A stretch of DNA of 64,000 nucleotides from a virus, in IMG/VR virus record IMGVR_UViG_3300042197_004429, positions 96,001 through 160,000 of that record, one strand, 5' to 3'. The translations under genes and the position numbers were made by a program. Shown here piece after piece: positions 10,150 to 20,662 of this stretch (its first letter is position 1; every line of letters begins with the position of its first letter). The notes below the pieces were generated by a model, which was given only the letters and a program-made list of their open reading frames with translations, made no database searches and was not told where the DNA came from.

Positions 10150-10974
10150 ATGATCAATGCTCAAGAATCACTTCCAAAAATTAGTTGCTTAATGGTCACA
10201 GCAAATAATCGTTTTGATTATTTTAAAAAAAGTGTGCAGTGTTATGCTGATCAGACTTATCCAAACCGTGAATTGGTTATAGTAACTGAAGCTCCAAAAG
10301 ATTATCAAAAAAAGATTAAAGATTACCTATCAGGGAGGGATGATGTTCATTTTATTTTTTTAAATGGATGGTATTCTTTAGGTGCATTGAGAAATATCTC
10401 TATGTCTTTGTGTTATGGAGATGTTTTTGTTCAATGGGACGATGACGATTTTAACTCCCCAGAAAGACTCGCTGTACAATACAGTTATTTATCTAGACAT
10501 CCAAAAGCACGTGTTTGTTTTTTGTCTGATCAATTACATTACTATTTTAATTCTGGTTATTTATTTTGGGAAGATTGGGCACAATATTGTTCAAATGGCA
10601 TTAAAAAATGTAGTTTAATTCCGGGAACGATCATGGCCTACAGGAGACATTTTCATAATAAATACCCATCTTCTGGAAGTTATTGTTCTGCTGGCGAAGA
10701 CTCTGTTTTAACCACAACTCTATGTGAAAATGATATTGATAATGACCAAGTGGTTTTGATGTCTAACTATGGATATATGCAAATGTATACATTTCATGGC
10801 AATAATGTTTGGGACGAAGAACATCATTTGAAAATATCAAAAAATAGATCCCTACCCGTGAGTTATATTAACAGGCATAGGCAAAGAATCTGCGAAACAA
10901 TAAATTATTTGGAACTTGAAGGAACAATAAAAGTCATGGGTCGAGAGGGCTTGGCTTTTACACATGAGGTTTAA
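10150..10974 (+). CDS. Glycosyltransferase family 2
   Basis: ISCLMVT, QTYPNRELVIV, LGALRN, QWDDDD. Start refined to ATG 10150. Confidence 0.88.
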   Translation: MINAQESLPKISCLMVTANNRFDYFKKSVQCYADQTYPNRELVIVTEAPKDYQKKIKDYLSGRDDVHFIFLNGWYSLGALRNISMSLCYGDVFVQWDDDDFNSPERLAVQYSYLSRHPKARVCFLSDQLHYYFNSGYLFWEDWAQYCSNGIKKCSLIPGTIMAYRRHFHNKYPSSGSYCSAGEDSVLTTTLCENDIDNDQVVLMSNYGYMQMYTFHGNNVWDEEHHLKISKNRSLPVSYINRHRQRICETINYLELEGTIKVMGREGLAFTHEV

Positions 10975-10976
10975 AA

Positions 10977-11795
10977 ATGATTTCGGGAAAATTGCCATTA
11001 ATTTCTTGTGTTTGTGTTACTAAAGATCGTTTTGAATTACTTAAAAAATCAATTTTTTGTTATTTAAATCAAAATTATCAAAATAAAAATTTAATTATAT
11101 TGAGTCAAAGCAATGATGAAACAAATAAAAAAATAGAAAAACATATCAAAGATTTATCAAGAGATGACATTCTTTTTCTACCCGCTCCCACCATGTTGAC
11201 ATTGGGGGCCATGAGAAACGCATCCATCGAGTTGGCCACAGGTGAAATAATTTGTCAGTGGGATGATGATGATTTATATCATCCTAATAGATTGACAAAT
11301 CAATACAAATGCTTAAAGAGCGACAATAGGAATGTTGCTTCTTTGTATTCAAATTTTTTAAAGTATTTTGCCAATTCAAAAGAAGTGTATTGGTGCGATT
11401 GGTTGAACGAATCAGAGTATTCTCATAGATTTCTGTGCGGCTCTGTGATGTTTTACAAATCTCTTTTTCATATGTGGGAAAATTTTTACCCAGAGCGTGG
11501 TGCTCAGAGTTGTTGCGAAGAAGATCTAAATGTTCTTGAGAAGTTGATGTTAAAAGGGTCCATAGCACCAGTTTTGGATGGAAATGAGTATGTTTATGTT
11601 TACCACGGTGTTAACACTTACGATTTAGATCACCACAAATTAACTTTGGATATTCGTTGGGGTAAAAAAGTCTACACTACCGAAGATTTATTGAAAAAGC
11701 AAAGTTTAATCGAAGAAACTTTTGATTTGATACAAATGGATGATATGGTTAAAATTAAAAGTTTAGGAGAGGTTGCTTTCACTTACACCATATGA
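10977..11795 (+). CDS. Glycosyltransferase family 2, tandem paralog of 10150-10974
   Basis: ISCVCVT, LGAMRN, CQWDDDD, YHG.NT.D..HH. Confidence 0.88.
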   Translation: MISGKLPLISCVCVTKDRFELLKKSIFCYLNQNYQNKNLIILSQSNDETNKKIEKHIKDLSRDDILFLPAPTMLTLGAMRNASIELATGEIICQWDDDDLYHPNRLTNQYKCLKSDNRNVASLYSNFLKYFANSKEVYWCDWLNESEYSHRFLCGSVMFYKSLFHMWENFYPERGAQSCCEEDLNVLEKLMLKGSIAPVLDGNEYVYVYHGVNTYDLDHHKLTLDIRWGKKVYTTEDLLKKQSLIEETFDLIQMDDMVKIKSLGEVAFTYTI

Positions 11796-12814
11796 AATTT
11801 GAACAAAAATATCAAAACTCTTCATCAAATGAGAGATTTGAATTTGAATATTCTTACGTGACCAAAAGTCCAAAACTAGGACAATGCCGTTGGTGTTCTT
11901 CTTTTACAAAGTGGATAGATGTCCTTTTTCAAGTTCATGTTTGTAGTGAAGAGTGCAACGCTGAGATGTGGCACCGCTATAGGAATGATCAAAAATTAAA
12001 TGGTACTTATGAAAATTTTGAAAATCATTTTGAACAAGTAAAAAAAGAATTGAAATTAGTAGAGGAAACCACAGATGATTGGAAAGATATATTGATCGTT
12101 GTTCGTGATCAACTTGATTACATTAAAGATTGTGTTGAATCGATACAAAAATACACAAAAAATTATCACTTATTTATTTGGGACAACGCATCTGGCAAAG
12201 AGACTCAAGAATATATACAAAATTTATTGTTAAAGTACGATTCAAATAAAGATAAACATTATAAATTAACAACAATAAGACGAGAGAAAAATGTTGGATT
12301 TGTGTTTCCAAATAATGAGATGATCGCTCTCGGAGAAAGTCCTTACATCATCCTGCTAAATTCGGATACTAAGGTTTTTGAAAATTGGGACAAAACCATG
12401 ATAGCATTTTTAAAAAACAACCCCGATTATGCCCAGGTTGGTTATTGGGGAGGACACCTTAACGCTGATGGTCGTGGGTTTGGCGGGGCTAATGGAGAGC
12501 GTGTTGACTATATCCCAGGTTGGTGTTTTTGCATATCACGTGAAACCTACGATCATTTTGGTTTGTTTGATGAACATCTTAAATTTGCTTATTGCGAAGA
12601 TTCTGATTTTTCTTTGAGACTCAAAGAAGGTGGAAAAAAGATTTATTCGCTTCATGCTCCACTTGTTCATCACTATCAAAACAAAACAGTAAAACAGGTT
12701 GAAAAAGAAGGCGAATTAGATCTTCAAGCAACTTTTGACCACAATCATTCCTACTTTAAAAATCGTTGGAAAGAATATTTGGCTAAAAATCGAGTTCTTT
12801 TGGATCAAAAATAA
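11792..12814 (+). CDS. Glycosyltransferase family 2 with N-terminal Cys motif
   Basis: CRWC/HVCSEEC N-terminus; IWDNAS, LLNSD, YCEDSDF. Confidence 0.85.
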   Translation: MKFEQKYQNSSSNERFEFEYSYVTKSPKLGQCRWCSSFTKWIDVLFQVHVCSEECNAEMWHRYRNDQKLNGTYENFENHFEQVKKELKLVEETTDDWKDILIVVRDQLDYIKDCVESIQKYTKNYHLFIWDNASGKETQEYIQNLLLKYDSNKDKHYKLTTIRREKNVGFVFPNNEMIALGESPYIILLNSDTKVFENWDKTMIAFLKNNPDYAQVGYWGGHLNADGRGFGGANGERVDYIPGWCFCISRETYDHFGLFDEHLKFAYCEDSDFSLRLKEGGKKIYSLHAPLVHHYQNKTVKQVEKEGELDLQATFDHNHSYFKNRWKEYLAKNRVLLDQK

Positions 12815-12832
12815 TTATTGTTTCGGCCAACC

Positions 12833-12860
12833 TTTACGTCGCTCTTTTTTTCCGTAAAAT
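12833..12860 (+). promoter_or_regulatory. Putative sigma70-type promoter
   Basis: TTTACG-N16-TAAAAT upstream of clpX. Confidence 0.45.
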
Positions 12861-12871
12861 AAAGGTATCCC

Positions 12872-14188
12872 ATGAGTGAAACTTTCAAGGAAAATAAAAT
12901 GAGTGCGTGCTGTTTTTGCGGACAAACCAAGAAGATGACCGGTCCTTTGGTTCAAGGAAACGGTCTTGGAGACGAACACCCTGTCTACATTTGTTATAGT
13001 TGTATTAAAAGTTGCGAAGAGGCACTTGCTGAAAAAATTTCAAGCATGCGATCAGAGGACTTAAAAAAATTAAATGTTCCAAGTCCTTTAGAATTGTATC
13101 AACACCTCAATCGTTATGTAATCGGTCAAGATGTTGCCAAAAAGAAACTATCAGTTGAGGTCAGTAACCACTATCAAAGACTAATAGATAGTTACGAATT
13201 AAAATCTTTTAAAAACTCTGGCGAGTGTTCTATAGAAGACCCAGAACTTAAAGATGTTGAGATTGAAAAAAACAACATCCTTCTTGTTGGACCAACGGGT
13301 AGTGGCAAAACTTTATTGGCAAAAAGTCTGGCTGAAAAACTTAATGTTCCTTTTGCAATTGGTGATGCTACAACACTCACCGAGGCTGGTTATGTTGGAG
13401 AAGATGTTGAGAATTTGCTTTTAAAACTTTTAGTCGCAGCAGACTATAACGTTGAGGAAGCACAAAGAGGCATTATTTATATCGATGAAATTGATAAAAT
13501 TCGATCTACTGGTGGAAATGTTTCTATCACAAGAGATGTGAGCGGACAAGGTGTTCAGCAAAGTCTTCTTAAAATGATAGAAGGAACAGTTTGTAATGTT
13601 CCGCCTCAAGGGGGTCGTAAACACCCAGAGCAGAATTACATTCAAATTGACACAACGCACATCTTGTTTATTGTTGGTGGCGCTTTCGTTGGTTTAGAAG
13701 ACATTATTCGTCGTCGTTTAAGAAAGACTGCTATTGGTTTTAATGTTGAAAATCAGGTTGTTGATGAAAGAAAAGAATACAACGATGTGATGAAGCAAGT
13801 TCGCCAAGATGATTTTATTGAGTTTGGCATGATACCTGAATTAATTGGTAGGCTTCCCGTGATTAGTTCTTTAGAAGAACTCTCTGTGGACGATTTGGTT
13901 CGTGTTTTAAAAGAGCCCAAAAACGCCCTGCTGAAACAGGAGCGGAAGAAGATGTCTTACAAGGGCGTTGATCTCCAATTCACCGATGAAGCCGTCACAA
14001 AAATTGCGGAGATCGCTATTGAAAAAGAAATTGGAGCACGGGCTTTAAGAAGTGTTCTTGGCGAATTCATGACAGACCTTTACTTTGATCTTTCAGATGA
14101 CTGTTCTGGAAAGTCCTATCTGGTCGATGTTGATGTTGTTTTGAATAAAAAGAAGCCCGAGTTGATGAGCAAAAACGAAGCCGCTTAG
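12872..14188 (+). CDS. clpX: ATP-dependent Clp protease ATP-binding subunit ClpX
   Basis: C4 zinc finger, NILLVGPTGSGKTL, DATTLTEAGYVGEDVE, DEIDKI, TRDVSG.GVQQ, IGF loop. Confidence 0.95.
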   Translation: MSETFKENKMSACCFCGQTKKMTGPLVQGNGLGDEHPVYICYSCIKSCEEALAEKISSMRSEDLKKLNVPSPLELYQHLNRYVIGQDVAKKKLSVEVSNHYQRLIDSYELKSFKNSGECSIEDPELKDVEIEKNNILLVGPTGSGKTLLAKSLAEKLNVPFAIGDATTLTEAGYVGEDVENLLLKLLVAADYNVEEAQRGIIYIDEIDKIRSTGGNVSITRDVSGQGVQQSLLKMIEGTVCNVPPQGGRKHPEQNYIQIDTTHILFIVGGAFVGLEDIIRRRLRKTAIGFNVENQVVDERKEYNDVMKQVRQDDFIEFGMIPELIGRLPVISSLEELSVDDLVRVLKEPKNALLKQERKKMSYKGVDLQFTDEAVTKIAEIAIEKEIGARALRSVLGEFMTDLYFDLSDDCSGKSYLVDVDVVLNKKKPELMSKNEAA

Positions 14189-14467
14189 TCATAGATTATT
14201 CAAATAATCAACCTCTTCTTGTGTTAAATCATCAATATTTATTTGATTTTTAATTTTAGATAAAATTTGATGTGCTATTGTTGTAGAGTGATCCGCTAAG
14301 TTTAACTCAATTTCGATGTTTTCAATTTTTTGAGTATAATTTTTATAGAAAGATATTATTTTTTCTTTTTTGTCTTTTGAATAATAACCAATAGCAACAA
14401 ATAATGATGCCACAATAGTTGTTGTGGTTAACAATTCGAGAAGAGAAGTTCCTTTGCGTCCTTGCAT
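14189..14467 (-). CDS. Prepilin-type (class III signal peptide) small protein
   Basis: MQGRKG|TSLLELL: basic leader, Gly at -1, Glu at +5, hydrophobic helix. Confidence 0.65.
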   Translation of the reverse strand: MQGRKGTSLLELLTTTTIVASLFVAIGYYSKDKKEKIISFYKNYTQKIENIEIELNLADHSTTIAHQILSKIKNQINIDDLTQEEVDYLNNL

Positions 14468-14542
14468 TTTTCTCCCATTTACAAAAACAATCTTTGTTTT
14501 TGAGTTTATTTACTACTATTAATTTGTGTTTGGAGAATTTTA

Positions 14543-14899
14543 ATGGCCGATTTTTTTTGTTATGGCACTTTGAAAAAGGGATTTAGCGCCCACAGAATAT
14601 TAAAAAATGCCCCAGCCGCTTTTTTAGGCGAAGTAACTACAAATGAAGATTATCATTTGTATGATGTTGGAAGTTTTCCCGGCATGGTTTTTGATTCAAC
14701 AACAAAAGGCGGCGTTAAGGGAGAGTTGTATAAAATTCCAGAGCGTGCTTTTAATGACTTGGATCGTTACGAATGTGTGAACACAGGTCTTTTTCGTCGT
14801 GAGGAAATAATTTTACAAGATGGCAACAAAGCCTATGCTTACATATTTAATTCTAATCTAGACAATGCAATTAAAATCGAAGATGGCTTGTGGAAATAA
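14543..14899 (+). CDS. Gamma-glutamylcyclotransferase (AIG2-like)
   Basis: FCYGTLKKG, FPGMV, VKGELY, LDRYE, YRR-like FRREEI. Confidence 0.85.
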   Translation: MADFFCYGTLKKGFSAHRILKNAPAAFLGEVTTNEDYHLYDVGSFPGMVFDSTTKGGVKGELYKIPERAFNDLDRYECVNTGLFRREEIILQDGNKAYAYIFNSNLDNAIKIEDGLWK

Positions 14900-14932
14900 T
14901 ACATATTATTAATTAATGTAGAAAGGTTTTTC

Positions 14933-15994
14933 ATGTGGGGCGATGCTTTTTGTGCTTTTCCATTTAATAGACTAAGAATAACATCCGAAGGTAACGCTTC
15001 TTTTTGTTGTTTTATGAGACCTGATCCTCTTAAAGAAGAGGCAGATGCTTATATTGGCAATGTTTTAGAAAACACTTTTGATGAGGTTTGGTTTGGAGAA
15101 ATTGCCGAAGAAATAAGACACGAAACCCTAAAGGGCAATTTGCACAAAAAGTGCCAATGCCCAGGTTGTCCTTATTTGCCTCTTAAAAAACCATACCCGA
15201 TCCAGAACTTTATCTACAACGAGTATCCTAATTTTCTAGAAATAGACCTACCGAATACTCATTGTAATGTTGGTGGGTTAAAACCTCACCCAGAAAACTC
15301 ACCAGCATGCGTGATGTGCGAGCGTTCAAGTCCAGTTTTTCGTCCAGAGAAAAATCATCTTTTTGAAGTTCTTGAAAAGATTAAACACATCGTTCCTAAT
15401 CTCTATCAGATACACATTCAGGGAATAGCAGAACCTTTCTATCAAACAAGACAAGATGGCTTTTTTTTGTTTGAGATTATGGATATTTTGGAATATGACA
15501 ACCACGCCGAACAAATTACTTTGAGCATCACCACTAATGGAACTTTGCTAAAACAAAATGTACGTGAGCAGTATCTTAGGCGTGCCCCAAACTCTATAAC
15601 AAATTTTTCAATAGATGCCGCTACACCAGAAACTTTTAAGGCTATAAGAATATTTGATTGTTTTGATAAAGTTTTGGAAAATATGTACGCTTTTGACCAA
15701 GAGCGTGTTCGTGAGAAGCAGTTTCTGCGTATCCACAATAATATTAACATAATGAACGTGCATGAGGTTGTTGAGATGTGTCGAATTGCACACAAGGCAA
15801 GGGCAGAACACGTTGAATTTAATCCAACAAATGGATTTAATCACAAAATTTTAGTTAATGAAAAAAATTGTGGTTTATTTGCTAAAGCCCAACAAGATAT
15901 TATCGAAGAGTGCAAGAAACTAGGACAGCCGGTTAACTTTTTGCGTCCTTTAGATTTGGGCTACACCGAACGACTAATACAGTTGACTATATAG
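14933..15994 (+). CDS. Radical SAM protein with N-terminal SPASM/twitch domain (paralog 1)
   Basis: CAFPF..CC..GN..W; C-x14-C-x2-C; GIAEPF, TTNGTLL, FSIDAAT.ETF..IR. Confidence 0.8.
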   Translation: MWGDAFCAFPFNRLRITSEGNASFCCFMRPDPLKEEADAYIGNVLENTFDEVWFGEIAEEIRHETLKGNLHKKCQCPGCPYLPLKKPYPIQNFIYNEYPNFLEIDLPNTHCNVGGLKPHPENSPACVMCERSSPVFRPEKNHLFEVLEKIKHIVPNLYQIHIQGIAEPFYQTRQDGFFLFEIMDILEYDNHAEQITLSITTNGTLLKQNVREQYLRRAPNSITNFSIDAATPETFKAIRIFDCFDKVLENMYAFDQERVREKQFLRIHNNINIMNVHEVVEMCRIAHKARAEHVEFNPTNGFNHKILVNEKNCGLFAKAQQDIIEECKKLGQPVNFLRPLDLGYTERLIQLTI

Positions 15995-17081
15995 TTAATT
16001 GTATCAAATCGCTACCGACTACTTGTTCAAATTCTCTCACCATTTTAATGGGCATGTTTATTTCTTTTGCTTTTGCTTTTTGAGAATTTTCTAAAAAAAT
16101 GGAAATGTTATCTTTAGTTACCATTATATCTTGTATGGTTTTTTCTGAAGTTAAAGATCCACAATCGTGGGTGGGATTAAATTGAATTTCATTAAAATTA
16201 TTATCTTTAGCAAAGACCACCATGTCTTCCATTTCTTTCACGTTTAAAGTATTTATGTTGTTATACATTATACTTCGGTGATTTTCTCCTTTTGTTTTGT
16301 TATATAAGTTCAGATTTTTTTGAATTATTTCAAAAAAATCTCTCCTCCTGATTGCTTTATAAGTTTCCTTTGTGGCAGCATCTATTGAAAAATAAATAAA
16401 TGATTTTTTTACTATTTCTAGATATTTTTTTTGTAAAAATTCATTAAAAATAGAACCGTTACTATATGTCCAAAAATTAATATTATTTTGATATTTTTTA
16501 AATTCTATTTCTTCAAAAATTTCAAAAATCAAGTCCTTATAAAAAGGCTCGGCCACACCCAAAACAGAAAACAAAATTAAATTTGGGACAATACATTTTA
16601 TTGATTCTATAATTTTTTTTGTATTATTCAATTTGAAATTTTCGCTTTTTCGAAAAACATCAAAATTTCTGGGGCACATTATGCAAGCTTGATTTTTATC
16701 ATTTGGATTTTCTCCGCCTATGTTGCAATGTGTTGGCGGCAAATCTATCTCTAAAGATATTGGATGATTTTCTAAAAAAACTACTTTTTGATTGTTTTCT
16801 TTTAAATTTTTATTTAGATAAGGACACCCTCCCCATTCTTGACAGTTACTGTGCAACTCTCCATTTAAAGTTTTTTTTCTTATTTCTTTTGAAATACTAT
16901 TGTTCCATATTTCTATGATGTTGTCTTTAAAAACATTGCCTAGAAATTTTTCTTGATAACAACACATTGTCACATCGCCTGTGACGTTTATTTTTACGTG
17001 TCTAAACGGCATTTCACAAAAACTGTAGATTATGTGTTTTTTATTTTTAAAGTTGGGGTTTTGATCTTGATGTTTAAGCAT
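15987..17081 (-). CDS. Radical SAM protein with N-terminal SPASM/twitch domain (paralog 2)
   Basis: CEMPF..CC; C-x13-C-x2-C; GVAEPF, SNGS, FSIDAAT. Start refined to ATG 17081. Confidence 0.8.
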   Translation of the reverse strand: MLKHQDQNPNFKNKKHIIYSFCEMPFRHVKINVTGDVTMCCYQEKFLGNVFKDNIIEIWNNSISKEIRKKTLNGELHSNCQEWGGCPYLNKNLKENNQKVVFLENHPISLEIDLPPTHCNIGGENPNDKNQACIMCPRNFDVFRKSENFKLNNTKKIIESIKCIVPNLILFSVLGVAEPFYKDLIFEIFEEIEFKKYQNNINFWTYSNGSIFNEFLQKKYLEIVKKSFIYFSIDAATKETYKAIRRRDFFEIIQKNLNLYNKTKGENHRSIMYNNINTLNVKEMEDMVVFAKDNNFNEIQFNPTHDCGSLTSEKTIQDIMVTKDNISIFLENSQKAKAKEINMPIKMVREFEQVVGSDLIQLTI

Positions 17082-17103
17082 TTTAATAATTCTAAATAAA
17101 TTT

Positions 17104-18042
17104 ATGTTAAATATTTGCAATGAAAACAATAAACATGTCATTTATCATTGGTGGAATGATAATATTAATATTAAACCATATGAAGATTTAAGAAATCCCG
17201 TGGTCTTATCTATTGCCACACTTAGATCTTTTCATAAAAAAATTCCGATTACGATTTTAGATGTTAGTGATTTTGAAAGACCAAAAGAAGATTGGGTTGA
17301 ATTTCAAAAAGCGTTAAATTTTCAAGTTGTAAAAACCAAAACAAGTATTGACACCTCGTCTCCAAGATATTGGAAAGTCTGTTCTAAGGTATCAGATATT
17401 TCTAAAAATATTCAATTTTTAAAAGAGGATAATATAATTTTTGTAGACTCCGATATTTTTTTTGTTAAACCTATTTTGCCTTTATCGTATGAAGATCACC
17501 TCGTTGATAAATTTTGTTGCTTACCTTACAACACCGGATTTTTTTATTTTAATCATAAATTAGAAAAAAATCAAAAAGTGCTTGAAATTTGGAACGAGAC
17601 AATAGTTGAAGCTTTAAAAAATGAAAACTTTTATGAAGAACTTCACAAAGTGATACCATATTATCCTTCTAAGAGTTTACATGATGAAATTTGTATGCAT
17701 TATTTGTTTAAACAAAAAAAGATAAATAATATAAAAAAATTAGATTTTGATGAAAGTTTTATATTTTCACAAGAACATATTTTTCTTGCAAACTACGGTA
17801 AATTTGATAATTTTGAGTTAATATTTAAAAAAATAAAATTTATACACGCTATTACCGCTTTTAATGGCAATAAAAGAGGAATTTTATGTTTATTGATTAA
17901 GGAGATAAATGATTTGATCAATAAATCTTTAAACAAGCGTTTGATCAAAAAAATATTTAGACACGAAATGCCCTTACCTTCTTATTGTATGTCGTCTATA
18001 ATGAGAATGACAAACAAGCAATTTAATTGTCTACTTAATTAA
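17104..18042 (+). CDS. Putative nucleotide-sugar transferase (GT-A-like)
   Basis: LSIATLR, FVDSDIFF (DxD), NTGFFYF, HDE. Confidence 0.55.
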   Translation: MLNICNENNKHVIYHWWNDNINIKPYEDLRNPVVLSIATLRSFHKKIPITILDVSDFERPKEDWVEFQKALNFQVVKTKTSIDTSSPRYWKVCSKVSDISKNIQFLKEDNIIFVDSDIFFVKPILPLSYEDHLVDKFCCLPYNTGFFYFNHKLEKNQKVLEIWNETIVEALKNENFYEELHKVIPYYPSKSLHDEICMHYLFKQKKINNIKKLDFDESFIFSQEHIFLANYGKFDNFELIFKKIKFIHAITAFNGNKRGILCLLIKEINDLINKSLNKRLIKKIFRHEMPLPSYCMSSIMRMTNKQFNCLLN

Positions 18043-19574
18043 TCATCTAAAGGAATTGAAATTAATTCTATTTCCTTATCCTTAAAATCCGACAGGGCAT
18101 CGTTATAGGTGTTACATATAGGTTTTCCCGGACCATTTAAACTTGTATTTATTAAGCACTCGCTCCCGGTCATTTTTCCATATTCGACAAGTAATTCATG
18201 TAACCAAGGATCTTTATTTTTATTCACAACCTGAGGTCTGCTGCTGTTGTCTTTGTGTACTATGGCCGGACACTCGGTTTGTGCTGCAAGGGTGCATTCA
18301 CACTTGAATTGCATGTATTCTCCCTTTGGTCCAATAAAGTATCGATCAAAACTCTCTTCTGTGACCATCGGAGCAAGTGGGCGATAATATTCTCTTCCTT
18401 TTAGATCTTGTGAAACACGTTTCAAATTTTGGTATTTACTAGCGTTTGCCAAAATGGATCTAAATCCTAAAGCCCTAGGCCCGCACTCAGCTTTTCCACG
18501 AAGTAAGCCGACCACTTTATCTTGCGCAATTAATTTTGCTATTTCTTTTGGCTCTTGAACCCCAGTTTTCGGCAAAGGCTCTTGAAGATACATAATTGAA
18601 GGAGTGTTCAAAGCTGGTGGCCATCTTCCTTTATCTAGAAAATAACCATAGCACGCTGCACCTAAAGCCAATCCGCTATCATTCACAGGCGGTCCAAAAA
18701 CAAAGTCTTTTGTAAGATTTGATATATTTGTATTTAATTCAAGTGCCAAACATGTTCCGCCACCAACTACTATGCCTAATTCTTTGTTGGGTGTAAAATT
18801 TTGTAAGTTTATTAGAATTTTTTCCCAAGTAAAATCCATCCATAATTTATATAATTTAGCCGATAATATCATGTCATTTTTACTAATATTTTTATTTTTA
18901 TTGAAATTAGGAACATCTAAGGGCCAAACTTTTTCAAAAATTGAGTAAATCAAACTTGAAACCTCACTGTTTTTAAATGAACCTAAATCTTCATTTAAAA
19001 ACCCAACGAGACCCATTGTTTTTCCAGCAGTGTCTCCTCCCAACAAATTTCCAACAATCCCGCTTGTTGGTATCTTTGGTTCTAGAACTTTTAAAGAAAA
19101 ACCATCTTCACCAATAAATCCCCCCAAACAAGAAGATGTCTCCCCATTTGCTGTTGATCCAGACCCATCATAGGCCATACAAAATCTTGTGTCATCATTT
19201 TCTCTAAATGACCAAGAACTCAAAATATGACATAAATGATGGTTTATGCAAAAATTTGGAAAATAATCACTCGGCAGATGGGAGCCTATACTCGTATCCG
19301 ACCACTTTGTTGCTATTATTGGATTAATCCAATAATTTATTGGGTTTGGGTTATTAAAAAAAGAAGGAAGACAAATGATGTCTTTTTTTTGAGGTTTTGG
19401 TAAAAATTTTAAAATGGGATTAATGTTATTGTAATACTTTTGTTTACTAAACCGAGATACTTCGGCATAGAACTCTAGTTCGCCATTTTCATTCAAAACA
19501 ACTGCCCCGAGGTCGTGGTTATAGGGATTTATACCAAAATATTTTTTTGTCATAATTAAAATCTCAATAAACAA
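18039..19574 (-). CDS. Carbamoyltransferase (NodU/CmcH/TobZ family), paralog 1
   Basis: HHLCH, YDGSG, GGGTCLALELN, PPVNDSG.ALG, GPRALG.RSILA, YRPLAP, RPQVV, INTSLN. Confidence 0.9.
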   Translation of the reverse strand: MFIEILIMTKKYFGINPYNHDLGAVVLNENGELEFYAEVSRFSKQKYYNNINPILKFLPKPQKKDIICLPSFFNNPNPINYWINPIIATKWSDTSIGSHLPSDYFPNFCINHHLCHILSSWSFRENDDTRFCMAYDGSGSTANGETSSCLGGFIGEDGFSLKVLEPKIPTSGIVGNLLGGDTAGKTMGLVGFLNEDLGSFKNSEVSSLIYSIFEKVWPLDVPNFNKNKNISKNDMILSAKLYKLWMDFTWEKILINLQNFTPNKELGIVVGGGTCLALELNTNISNLTKDFVFGPPVNDSGLALGAACYGYFLDKGRWPPALNTPSIMYLQEPLPKTGVQEPKEIAKLIAQDKVVGLLRGKAECGPRALGFRSILANASKYQNLKRVSQDLKGREYYRPLAPMVTEESFDRYFIGPKGEYMQFKCECTLAAQTECPAIVHKDNSSRPQVVNKNKDPWLHELLVEYGKMTGSECLINTSLNGPGKPICNTYNDALSDFKDKEIELISIPLDD

Positions 19575-19597
19575 ATTTATAAATTATATATAATCTT

Positions 19598-20662
19598 ATG
19601 GCTATAATTAAATCTTTTTGTAATCTTCCTTGGACCAGAATGAAGATTCACTACAATGGTGATGTTTCTATGTGTTGTCATCAATCTTATTTTAGATTGG
19701 GAAATATATTAGAAGAAGATTGGGATAAAATATGGTTTGGTTCAAAAGCAAAAGAAATTAGAGAAACAACTTTGAAAAATCAACTACATGATAATTGTAA
19801 AAAACCTGAGTGTCCTTTCTTCAACGCAGACTTAAACAAAACACGGTTATTCGACATAAACGATAACGAATACCCATCAGAAATAGAATTTGATCTTCAT
19901 GCTTCTCATTGTAATTTTGGAGGTAAAAAAGCTGATCCTGAAAATACATGTATTATGTGTCCCAGATCCTATCCGGAGGTCGCTCAATCTCTAGGCTTAA
20001 TAAAAGATAATGCAAATATTATAGTTGAAAAAATTAAACCCATTTTACCGCATATCAATAGTTTGGCTGTCATGGGATTGGCAGAAATTTTTTGGCAAAA
20101 CAAAATATTTGAAATTTTTGATTTGTTGTCTTTTAAAGATTATAATAATAAAATTTCTTTTTGGGCCAATACGAATGGATCAGTATTTGACCAAAAATCC
20201 GCAGAAAAATTTTCTGATTATGTTCGAAAAAGTGTTATTTGTTTTTCAATTGACGCCTCTAACAAAGAAACTTATCTTAAGATAAGAAAAAATAATGTTT
20301 TTGATAAAGTAATAAGTAATCTTAAAAACTGGAATAAAATTAGAAAAAATTTAAACAAACTAGGAGACGACCATCAACTTTCTATTTACAATAATATAAA
20401 TCTACTAAATGTAAATGAAGTCTCTGACATGGTGGTAATGGCCAAGGAACTTGAAGTCGATGCAATTTATTTAACTCTTACCCATAATGTTGGTAATTTG
20501 CAAAATTTGAATACTCTTGTAATCAATAGTAAGAATTGGCGAATTTTCAGTGAAGCCGAGGAACGGGCAAGAAAAATTGGCGAACAGTTGAATTTCAAAG
20601 TTCACATTTGCAGACCTTTCGATGCAGGTTTTTCACAAAAACTTTATAATATAAGTTTTTAA
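19598..20662 (+). CDS. Radical SAM protein with N-terminal SPASM/twitch domain (paralog 3)
   Basis: CNLPW..CC; C-x12-C-x2-C; NTNGS, FSIDASNKETY.KIR. Confidence 0.8.
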   Translation: MAIIKSFCNLPWTRMKIHYNGDVSMCCHQSYFRLGNILEEDWDKIWFGSKAKEIRETTLKNQLHDNCKKPECPFFNADLNKTRLFDINDNEYPSEIEFDLHASHCNFGGKKADPENTCIMCPRSYPEVAQSLGLIKDNANIIVEKIKPILPHINSLAVMGLAEIFWQNKIFEIFDLLSFKDYNNKISFWANTNGSVFDQKSAEKFSDYVRKSVICFSIDASNKETYLKIRKNNVFDKVISNLKNWNKIRKNLNKLGDDHQLSIYNNINLLNVNEVSDMVVMAKELEVDAIYLTLTHNVGNLQNLNTLVINSKNWRIFSEAEERARKIGEQLNFKVHICRPFDAGFSQKLYNISF

